A stretch of DNA of 64,000 nucleotides. Origin: an uncultured Clostridia bacterium (GTDB taxonomy: Bacteria > Bacillota > Clostridia > Oscillospirales > CAG-272). Position numbers and translations under genes: made by a program. Shown here piece after piece: positions 9,205 through 16,576 of this stretch. The stretch's first letter is position 1. Every line of letters starts with the position of its first letter. The stretch covers positions 30,183-94,182 of the forward strand of contig CANQQT010000001.1 in the NCBI GenBank assembly GCA_947626065.1. Direction: 5' to 3'. The notes beneath the pieces are model-generated. The model had not been told where the DNA came from. It did not search any database and saw only the letters and a list, made by a program, of their open reading frames with translations.

Positions 9205-9235
9205 GGCCCGCCGCTTCTGCGGCGGGCCCTTTTGG
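9205..9235 (+). terminator. Rho-independent terminator
   Basis: GGCCCGCCGC-ttct-GCGGCGGGCC followed by CTTTTGG. Confidence 0.8.
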
Positions 9236-9330
9236 CGTTCAGGAAGCCCCCCGGGGCCGTATGCGTCGTCTGCCGCTATCTAACCCTTTGCGCGGCCTTT
9301 TCGGCGTTCCCTGACGGCCCCTCACGCGCC

Positions 9331-9428
9331 GGTTCTGCGTGACCCGTACCTGTCACCGTTGCCCGATCCTGCGCGGTTCTGCGCGACCCGTACCTGTCAC
9401 CGTTGCCCGATCCTGTGCGGTTCTGCGC
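9331..9428. repeat. 44-bp tandem repeat, 2.2 copies
   Basis: Copies at 9331-9374 and 9375-9418 differ at 2 positions; a partial third copy lies at 9419-9428. Confidence 0.9.
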
Positions 9429-9528
9429 TGTTTTCAGAGTCCCGAACCGCTTCGCATCGTTCCGCTGCACCGGCGACCTCCCCGCCGGTCAAACACGCCC
9501 TATTCATAAAAAATTAAAGAATTATCTA

Positions 9529-9564
9529 TTGATTTTTCCTTGCTATTGATATATAATATCAATA
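9529..9564 (+). promoter_or_regulatory. Promoter (TTGATT-17-TATAAT) overlapped by a 9-3-9 palindrome (candidate Fur/PerR-family operator)
   Basis: TTGATT at 9529-9534 and TATAAT at 9552-9557. Perfect inverted repeat TATTGATAT-ata-ATATCAATA at 9544-9564. Confidence 0.65.
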
Positions 9565-9595
9565 ATGAATATCCTATGCGAAAAGAGCGCCGGAA

Positions 9596-10003
9596 ATGAA
9601 AAGACAAACCCTTCAGAAAAGCATTATTTCAAATGCTTTGAAGCAGCTCGGCAATCACCCGACGCCCGCCATGGTCTACGAAAAGATTCACCCGGAGTAT
9701 CCCTCCATCAGCCCCGCCACCGTCTTCCGGGTTCTGGCCGGGGAATGCGAGGAGGGCCGCGCCCAGCGCGTCTACGTTCCCGGCGGAACGGTCCGGTACG
9801 AATACGGAACGCGCAGGCATTCGCATATCCGCTGTCGGATCTGCGGAAAAATCGCCGACGTCGAGACGCCTCCCTCCCTGAATCCCGTCGACTCCGTTCT
9901 TGACGCCGAGGGATTTTCGGTGGAATCCTGTTTCCTTGAATTTATCGGCCTCTGCCCGGACTGCCGAAAGGCTTCCGACGCTACCGATAAAAATAAATTT
10001 TAA
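9596..10003 (+). CDS. Fur-family transcriptional regulator (PerR-like by context)
   Basis: Winged-helix N-terminus (ATVFRVL), an HSHIRCxxCG motif and a C-terminal CPDC. It is cotranscribed with rubrerythrin. Confidence 0.85.
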   Translation: MKRQTLQKSIISNALKQLGNHPTPAMVYEKIHPEYPSISPATVFRVLAGECEEGRAQRVYVPGGTVRYEYGTRRHSHIRCRICGKIADVETPPSLNPVDSVLDAEGFSVESCFLEFIGLCPDCRKASDATDKNKF

Positions 10004-10021
10004 CTTTTGAGAGGTATTGTT

Positions 10022-10567
10022 ATGAAATTTGTATGCACCGTTTGCGGCTACGTCTACGAAGGCGACGCGGCCCCCGAAAAATGCCCGGTCTGCAAGGCTC
10101 CCGCCTCTAAATTCAACGCGATGCCGGAAGGCCGTACATGGGCGGCGGAGCACGTCGTCGGCGTCGCTCAGGGCGCTCCTGAGGACATCCTCGCCGATCT
10201 TCGCGCCAATTTTGCCGGAGAGTGCACGGAAGTCGGAATGTACCTCGCCATGGCGAGAGTCGCCCACCGCGAAGGCTATCCCGAAATCGGTATGTACTGG
10301 GAAAAGGCCGCTTACGAGGAGGCGGAGCACGCCGCCAAGTTCGCGGAGCTCCTCGGAGAAGTCGTCACCGATTCCACCAAGAAGAACCTTGAGATGAGAG
10401 TCGAGGCGGAAAACGGCGCCACCGCCGGAAAGTTCGACCTCGCCAAGCGTGCAAAGGCCCTGAATCTTGACGCCATTCACGACACCGTTCACGAAATGGC
10501 AAGAGACGAAGCCCGCCACGGCAAGGCCTTCGAGGGCCTTCTTGCCAGATACTTTGACAAGAAATAA
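10022..10567 (+). CDS. rbr: Reverse rubrerythrin (N-terminal rubredoxin-like CxxC...CxxC followed by a ferritin-like diiron domain)
   Basis: [14 protein letters not shown]...CPVCKAP is followed by ExxH diiron motifs (EEAEH, DEARH). GAGAGG lies 7 nt upstream of ATG 10022. Confidence 0.9.
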   Translation: MKFVCTVCGYVYEGDAAPEKCPVCKAPASKFNAMPEGRTWAAEHVVGVAQGAPEDILADLRANFAGECTEVGMYLAMARVAHREGYPEIGMYWEKAAYEEAEHAAKFAELLGEVVTDSTKKNLEMRVEAENGATAGKFDLAKRAKALNLDAIHDTVHEMARDEARHGKAFEGLLARYFDKK

Positions 10568-10607
10568 CTCTTTCCTCTTTTGAGAAAGCGGAAAACCGCT
10601 TCTCTTC

Positions 10608-10645
10608 CCCGCTCCGCGTCTCTGCGGAGCGGGCTTTTGTTTTTC
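10608..10645 (+). terminator. Rho-independent terminator after rbr
   Basis: CCCGCTCCGC-gtctct-GCGGAGCGGG followed by CTTTTGTTTTT. Confidence 0.8.
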
Positions 10646-11293
10646 CGGAGTTCCCGATTTCACCGATTTCCCGGGCATCCCAAAAGACCGGTTTTTCTCG
10701 CCCGTTTCTGAAAGCCCTTTACGGGGGCTTTCTTCCCCGTCCCCAAAGGCCAAACTTTTCCCGTTTTTTTCTTCGGTTTTTCAAAAAACCGGTTTTGCGG
10801 CGCACGCCCTGTCGACCGAAAGCCTGTTTTCTTCGACTTTTTCAAAAAGTCGATTTTTCAGCGCTTTCCCATCCGTCCGAAAGCCTGTTTTCTCCGATTT
10901 TTCAGCGCTTTCCTCTCCGTCCGAAAAGCCCGGATTTTCTCACTCTTTTCTCAAACGTCCTGCGGCCCGTCTTCCCGGCCCTTCCCTGCCGTTTCCAAAA
11001 GTGTCCTTTCATGGCCTTTCTTACCCATCGCCGAAAGCTCTCTTTTCGCTTCCTTCTCTCTCCTCTCCTGAAAAAGAAAACTTTTCATCAAATTTTTTCT
11101 TCTCCTTTCGACAGCGGTGCCCACAGCCTTCCCTTTTCCGCTCTTTCGGAAGCTTTTTCGGAAAGAAATCCGAAAAAACCCCGACAAAATTCTGTCGCCG
11201 AATTCTTTTCTCTGTGATATAGTTTAAACACCCCGCAAAATTCGGCGGGAAATAAGAGGAAAACCAAAAGCCGACGAAAGGACGAAAAAAATC

Positions 11294-12178
11294 ATGACCT
11301 GTACAAGCCGGATAAAAAAAGCTTTGGGAGCAAAAGGAAGAAAGGAATCCTACTACGGAAAAATTCAGTATCTGCCGACCGGGAGCATTCTCCCCAACCC
11401 CTCCCAACCGAGAAAAAATTTCAACGACGAAGCCCTCTTCCGTTTAGCGGAAAGCGTTCTGCGCTACGGCGTCCTCCAGCCGCTTTCCGTTCGATTCGCC
11501 AAGGGCCAGCCTCCGGATCCCTCCACGCCCCTCGCTTCCTGCCGTTTTGAGCTGATTGCCGGGGAACGCCGCCTCCGTGCCGCGAAAATCGCCGGGCTTC
11601 ACGAGGTACCCTGCATTCTCATCAACGCCGACGACAAAAAATCCGCCGAGCTCGCCTTGATTGAAAATCTCCAGCGGGAAGATTTGAATCTCTTCGAGCA
11701 AGCCGGAGCCATCAGCTCTCTTATCGACGTTTACGGCATGACGCAGGAGCAGGCGGCGCATCTGCTGGGAATGACGCAGGCGGCGGTCTCAAACAAGCTC
11801 CGCCTCCTGAAGCTCACCTCCTCCGAGCGGCGGCTCATCGTCGAGAACAGTCTCAGCGAGCGGCACGCGCGCGCCCTCTTGAAGCTCTCCGATCCGGATT
11901 TGCGGAGCGAAATTCTGCAAACCGTCGTCAAAAAGGGCCTGACCGTCGCGGGAACCGAGGCCCTGATCGACCGCTATCTTTCCAAAGACATCCCCGATTC
12001 CGCTGGGGAGGGATCGCGAAAAATGATTCTCAAGGATCTCCGGATCGTATACAATACGCTGGATCGGGCGCTGGACGTCATCGAGCAGGCAGGGATCGCC
12101 GTTGCCAAAGAGAAGCACGAAAGCGAGGACGCCGTCGAGCTGATTATTACGATCAGCAAGCGCCGGGAAGGCGCCTGA
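11294..12178 (+). CDS. ParB/Noc-family protein in the Noc position (between rsmG and soj)
   Basis: ParB N-terminal box (LIAGERRLRAAK), an HTH region (GMTQEQAAHLLGMTQAAVSNKLRLLKL) and a Noc-like C-terminus (KDLRIVYNTLDRAL). Confidence 0.8.
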   Translation: MTCTSRIKKALGAKGRKESYYGKIQYLPTGSILPNPSQPRKNFNDEALFRLAESVLRYGVLQPLSVRFAKGQPPDPSTPLASCRFELIAGERRLRAAKIAGLHEVPCILINADDKKSAELALIENLQREDLNLFEQAGAISSLIDVYGMTQEQAAHLLGMTQAAVSNKLRLLKLTSSERRLIVENSLSERHARALLKLSDPDLRSEILQTVVKKGLTVAGTEALIDRYLSKDIPDSAGEGSRKMILKDLRIVYNTLDRALDVIEQAGIAVAKEKHESEDAVELIITISKRREGA

Positions 12179-12250
12179 CGTCAAGCCTGACGTCAAGCCT
12201 AACGTCAAGCCTGATATCAAGCCACCCACCGTCAAGCCTAACGCCAAAAG
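12179..12250. repeat. 12-bp tandem repeat (CGTCAAGCCTRA), about 5 copies, starting at the stop codon of the ParB paralog
   Basis: Copies at 12179-12190, 12191-12202, 12203-12214, a degenerate copy from 12215, and 12230-12241. Confidence 0.85.
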
Positions 12251-12253
12251 AAA

Positions 12254-12728
12254 TGTTTCACGTGAAACTTTTTGCGCCATGTTGAGCAGGCTCCCCAACG
12301 CTGTGCCGAACCGGATTGTTTCACGTGAAACAGTTTTGTTCTCACCCTTGCGGGCTTCCTTTTGCGCACCCGTGTTGCATGAATTGTTTCACGCGAAACA
12401 TTTCCAGTGATTTTGCCCCGCGTGAGCATTTATCTGCCTGGGGCCTTTGTTCCACGCGAAGAATTCTTCCGCGCATTTTGTAGGACGGGCTTCTCTGATT
12501 CGGCGTTGCGCGGGTTGTTTCACGCGAAACATTTTTGTCCTCGCCCTTGTAGAGCTCCCTTTTGCGCACCCTTGTCGCATGAATTGTTTCACGTGAAACA
12601 TTTCCCCATGACTTTGCCCCACGCGAGCGCTTGCCTATCCGTCTCTTTTGTTTCGCGTGAAACATTTTCCTGTTATTTGCTCTCGTACACGCCGGTTGTC
12701 CCATGTCGCCTTTGTTTCACGTGAAACA
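12254..12728. repeat. parS: Array of eight parS (ParB-binding centromere) sites with 63-69 bp spacing
   Basis: Four sites match TGTTTCACGTGAAACA/T exactly, three carry one mismatch and one is degenerate. Per-site coordinates are given in the findings. Confidence 0.85.
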
Positions 12729-12817
12729 TTCGCCCTTTCGGCGAAAGCCCCCTCCCAGCCCCGTCGGCAACACATTTTTCTTTATTTTGTAAAAACTTTA
12801 TTATTTCCGCAGGGCTC

Positions 12818-12846
12818 TTGACTTTTCGAGGGAAAATTGCTATAAT
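12818..12846 (+). promoter_or_regulatory. Sigma-A type promoter for soj-spo0J (TTGACT-17-TATAAT)
   Basis: TTGACT at 12818-12823 and TATAAT at 12841-12846, with a 17-nt spacer. Confidence 0.7.
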
Positions 12847-12881
12847 AGATGGTACTATACCATCCATTCAGGAGAAAATCC

Positions 12882-13643
12882 GTGGGAAAAATCATTGTAT
12901 TTGCCAACCAAAAAGGCGGCGTGGGAAAGACGACCTCCGCCGTCAACGTCGCGGCCTCCGTCGGGGCAAAGGGAAAGCGCGTCCTTCTTGTCGATCTGGA
13001 TCCTCAGGGGAACACTTCCAGCGGAGTTGGCATCAACAAAAAGAATATGAAGCTCTCCACCTACGATGTGTTGATCGGCAGAAGCAGCGCGGAATCCTGC
13101 ATCGTTGAAACAGAATATAAAAACCTCTCCATCATTCCCTCCAACATTTCCCTGGCCGGAGCGGAATTTGAGCTCGTCAACTGCGAAAAGCGGGAGCACC
13201 GGCTGAAAAACGCCCTCGCGCTGGTTAAGGACAACTACGACTATCTCTTCATCGACTGTCCGCCTTCCCTCGGAATCCTCACCGTCAACGCCTTGGCGGC
13301 AAGCGACGGCGTGATCGTTCCGATGCAGTGCGAGTATTATTCGCTCGAAGGCCTGTCACAGCTCATGTCGACCATCAAGGCCTGCAAGCGCCTGTACAAC
13401 CCCGATTTGCAGATCCTCGGGATCCTGATTACCATGTACAACGGCCGTCTTAATCTTTCGATGCAGGTCATGGACGAGCTGAAAAAATATTACGCGGGCA
13501 AGCTCTTCAAAACCACCATTCTGCGGAACGTCCGTCTCAGCGAAGCGCCGAGCTACGGAATGCCGATTTTGTACTACGACAAGCACAGCAAAGGGGCCGA
13601 GGCTTATAACAACGTTTCCGACGAAATTATGGAACGGATGTAA
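12882..13643 (+). CDS. soj: Chromosome partitioning ATPase ParA/Soj
   Basis: Deviant Walker A (KGGVGKTT). The GTG start at 12882 lies 7 nt after AGGAGA and downstream of the -10. The ATG at 12849 would lie upstream of the predicted transcription start. Confidence 0.92.
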   Translation: MGKIIVFANQKGGVGKTTSAVNVAASVGAKGKRVLLVDLDPQGNTSSGVGINKKNMKLSTYDVLIGRSSAESCIVETEYKNLSIIPSNISLAGAEFELVNCEKREHRLKNALALVKDNYDYLFIDCPPSLGILTVNALAASDGVIVPMQCEYYSLEGLSQLMSTIKACKRLYNPDLQILGILITMYNGRLNLSMQVMDELKKYYAGKLFKTTILRNVRLSEAPSYGMPILYYDKHSKGAEAYNNVSDEIMERM

Positions 13644-13672
13644 GGCCCCACCGATCAGAAAGGGAAAAAACT

Positions 13673-14557
13673 ATGGCAAAACCGAAAAATACCGGACTGG
13701 GCAAGGGCCTTGACGCGATTTTCTACGAAAACAGCGCCGAGACCGGCGGGAACGTCACGATGCTCCGCCTGTCGGAGATCGAGCCGAACCCCGAACAGCC
13801 TCGCCACACCTTCGACACCGAAGCGCTGGCGCAGCTGGCCGACTCCATTTCCTCCCACGGCCTGATTCAGCCGATCGTCGTCCGCTCGGTGGGAACCGAC
13901 GGATATTATCAGATCGTCGCCGGGGAGCGCCGCTGGAGAGCCTCCAAAATGGCGGGGCTCACCGAGGTGCCCGTCATCATCATGGAAATGGACGACAAAA
14001 AGGCCGCGCAGGTGGCGCTGATTGAAAACGTACAGAGGGAAAACCTCAATCCGATGGAGGAGGCCGGCGCCTATCAGGCTCTCCTTTCGGAATACGGAAT
14101 GACGCAGGAGGAGGTTTCCAAACAAATCGGGAAAAGCCGAAGCGCCATCGCCAACACCCTTCGCCTTCTCGACCTTCCCTCCCCCGTCTGCGAGCTGGTG
14201 AGGAGCGGAAAGCTCTCCGCCGGTCACGCGCGCACCCTTCTCGGCCTGAAGGATCCCTCCAAAATCGAAGAGGCGGCGGCACTCTTCTCCCAGAAGAGCT
14301 ACTCCGTCCGAGAAGCGGAGGCCTACGTAAAAAGGCTGAACAAAGAAGCGATCACTCCGAAAAAGGAAGAGGACGAGCCGCCTCTCCCCGTCGATTATAC
14401 CGCGGAGCTGGCAAGAAAGATGACTTCCCGCATCGGCCACAAGGTTCAGATTCAAAAATCGGGAAAAATCCGCAAAATCGAAATCCAATTTTCAAGCGAT
14501 TCTGAGCTTGACGACATTGTCACCCGCCTTTGCGGGAATCATATCTTTGACGAATAA
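13673..14557 (+). CDS. spo0J: Chromosome partitioning protein ParB/Spo0J
   Basis: ParB boxes (QPRHTFD, IVAGERRWRASK), an HTH region and a C-terminal dimerisation segment. Confidence 0.92.
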   Translation: MAKPKNTGLGKGLDAIFYENSAETGGNVTMLRLSEIEPNPEQPRHTFDTEALAQLADSISSHGLIQPIVVRSVGTDGYYQIVAGERRWRASKMAGLTEVPVIIMEMDDKKAAQVALIENVQRENLNPMEEAGAYQALLSEYGMTQEEVSKQIGKSRSAIANTLRLLDLPSPVCELVRSGKLSAGHARTLLGLKDPSKIEEAAALFSQKSYSVREAEAYVKRLNKEAITPKKEEDEPPLPVDYTAELARKMTSRIGHKVQIQKSGKIRKIEIQFSSDSELDDIVTRLCGNHIFDE

Positions 14558-14574
14558 CGGAAAGGGAAACCGCC

Positions 14575-15858
14575 ATGCTGGATATCAAATACATTCGGGA
14601 AAATCCCGACGAGGTAATCGCCCGTCTTGCCTGCAAGGGACGGGACGCAAAAGAAGAAATTGCAAAAATTCTCTCCCTTGACGCCGAGCGCCGCGCCATT
14701 ATCGCGGAAAACGAGGCGCTGAAAGCGGAGCAGAATAAAACGAACAAGCTGATCCCACAATATAAGAAGGAAGGAAAGGACGTTGCCCCCATCTTTGCAC
14801 AGATGAAGGAGCTGGCCGCCAAAACCAAGGAAAACGACGAAAAGCTGAAAACCGTCGAGACGGCCTTCAACGAGCTGATGTACGCCCTTCCCAACCTGCC
14901 CGACCCCGACCTCAAGCCCGGCGGGAAGGAGAACAACGAGCCGCTCCGCTATTTCGGAGAGCCGCATCACTTCGATTTTGAGCCGAAAAATCACGTCGAT
15001 CTCTGCACAGACCTCGGCCTGATCGACTACAAGCGCGGGGCCAAGCTGGCGGGAAGCGGCTTCTGGATTTATTCCGGCGTCGGCGCCCGGCTGGAATGGG
15101 CGCTCCTCAATTATTTCATTCAGTTCCACATCGGCAACGGCTATGAGTTCATGCTGGTTCCGCATATGCTGGAATACGAATGCGGATTTACGGCGGGACA
15201 ATTCCCGAAATTCGCCGACGAGGTCTATAAAATCGCCAATCCCACCGACGACCGGGTTCATTATATGCTTCCGACAGCAGAGGCCGCCCTCGTCTCTCTC
15301 CACAGAAACGAAATTCTGAACGAATCCGAGCTCCCGAAGAAATACATCAGCTATACCCCCTGTTTCCGCCGGGAAGCGGGAAGCTACCGTTCCGACGAGA
15401 GAGGAATGGTGAGAGGCCATCAGTTCAACAAGGTGGAAATGGTGCAGTATACCCTGCCGGAGAAATCCGACGAGGCCTTTGAGGAGCTGGTCGGAAGAGC
15501 GGAGGATCTTGTCAAGGGCCTCGGCTTCCACTTCCGCACCGTCAAGCTCGCCGCGGAGGACTGCTCCGCCTCAATGGCCCGTACCTACGACATTGAAATT
15601 CAGATTCCTTCGATGAACGGCTACAAAGAAGTCAGCTCCGTCTCCAACGCCCGCGACTATCAGGCGCGGCGCGGTCAGATGCGGGTGCGCAGAGAGGACG
15701 GAAAAATCGAATATCTCCACACCCTCAACGGCTCCGGCCTTGCCACCTCCCGGATTCTTCCGGCGCTTGTCGAACAGAATCAGAACGCCGACGGCTCGGT
15801 CAATGTTCCCGACGTACTGAAACCCTTCCTCGGAATCGACGTCATAAGAAAGCCGTAA
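14575..15858 (+). CDS. serS: Seryl-tRNA synthetase
   Basis: N-terminal coiled-coil arm and class II motifs (FRREAGS, GSGLATSR). Confidence 0.95.
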   Translation: MLDIKYIRENPDEVIARLACKGRDAKEEIAKILSLDAERRAIIAENEALKAEQNKTNKLIPQYKKEGKDVAPIFAQMKELAAKTKENDEKLKTVETAFNELMYALPNLPDPDLKPGGKENNEPLRYFGEPHHFDFEPKNHVDLCTDLGLIDYKRGAKLAGSGFWIYSGVGARLEWALLNYFIQFHIGNGYEFMLVPHMLEYECGFTAGQFPKFADEVYKIANPTDDRVHYMLPTAEAALVSLHRNEILNESELPKKYISYTPCFRREAGSYRSDERGMVRGHQFNKVEMVQYTLPEKSDEAFEELVGRAEDLVKGLGFHFRTVKLAAEDCSASMARTYDIEIQIPSMNGYKEVSSVSNARDYQARRGQMRVRREDGKIEYLHTLNGSGLATSRILPALVEQNQNADGSVNVPDVLKPFLGIDVIRKP

Positions 15859-15917
15859 GAAAAAAGCAAAATCCGTCACCCCGCTTCTGAGTTATCTGCC
15901 GAAAGGAGAAAACCGGC

Positions 15918-16418
15918 TTGGATCTGTCAAAATTCTTTACCGAAAGCAATATGACCTTGTCCTCTGTTCTGCTTTCCATGGTTCTCGGCGTCACGCTTGC
16001 CGTCTTCATCGTTTTTTTCAACAAAAAGACGCTCGGGAAGCTCGTCAAAAAGCTGTTTGAGGAAAAGGCGGAAAACGAAGTCACCGCCAAATCGCTGAAA
16101 GAGCTCGGGCTTGAAAAGAGCCGGATTCTCCGCTATGCGCTGCGGGAAGGCTCCACCCTTCGCAAAATGGTCTACGCGGTCCCGCCGCGTGACGGGGAGG
16201 AGGCCGCCTCCGGAGAAAAGGGCCAAAAAAGCGGAGAAGTCAAATACTATATCCCGGAGGACAAGGCCTACCGCGCCGAGCTTACCTACAATCCCGACGG
16301 CACCTCCGTTCTCACCGTCGTGCTTGCCATCCTCATTTTTGCCATTGTTTCCCTTGTCCTGCTGACCGTGATTCCCTCCTTGGTTCGCATCGCCGTCAGC
16401 GCGTTTTCCTCCGACTGA
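15918..16418 (+). CDS. Hypothetical two-TM membrane protein
   Basis: TTG start 8-9 nt after AAAGGAG. It has N- and C-terminal TM helices and a protein-like composition. Confidence 0.55.
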   Translation: MDLSKFFTESNMTLSSVLLSMVLGVTLAVFIVFFNKKTLGKLVKKLFEEKAENEVTAKSLKELGLEKSRILRYALREGSTLRKMVYAVPPRDGEEAASGEKGQKSGEVKYYIPEDKAYRAELTYNPDGTSVLTVVLAILIFAIVSLVLLTVIPSLVRIAVSAFSSD

Positions 16419-16576
16419 GGATTCCGCGTGGGAAAACGCGAGGCCTCAAGGGTTTGAGGGAAAAGAGTCCGGCCCGAAGACCGCAATTTGCCAGTTTTTA
16501 ACATTTTTTCGTTTTTCACTCTCTCACACACGGCTCTCGCCGTTTTACACCGATTTGTTTTGAAAGGAGTTTTTCG

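Noticed and set aside
9629-10753. 374-aa minus-strand ORF
   Set aside because: It lies antisense to the Fur-family and rubrerythrin genes, which have unmistakable motifs on the plus strand.
10795-11407. ORFs 10795-11217 (+) and 11021-11407 (-) in the long spacer upstream of the ParB paralog
   Set aside because: Their sequences are low-complexity (Phe/Ser/Pro/Leu or Arg/Lys/Glu runs), they overlap each other on opposite strands, and neither has an RBS. I treated the region as non-coding repeat-rich DNA.
12238-12724. Small ORFs across the parS array (for example 12342-12704 on the minus strand), and the idea that the regular repeats form a CRISPR array
   Set aside because: The recurring NVSRET peptide is just the translation of the palindromic parS 16-mer on either strand. 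The repeat is a 16-bp parS palindrome inside partly conserved 'spacers', not a 28-37 bp CRISPR repeat with unique spacers. No cas genes are nearby.
14558-14574. Expected T-box leader upstream of serS (and similarly upstream of the aromatic cluster at 54787-54851)
   Set aside because: Only 17 nt separate spo0J from serS, and only about 65 nt separate the aromatic promoter from pheA. Both gaps are too short for a T-box, and no specifier or T-box sequence was seen.
13655-15531. Minus-strand ORFs 13655-14488 and 14539-15531
   Set aside because: These are shadows of spo0J and serS.
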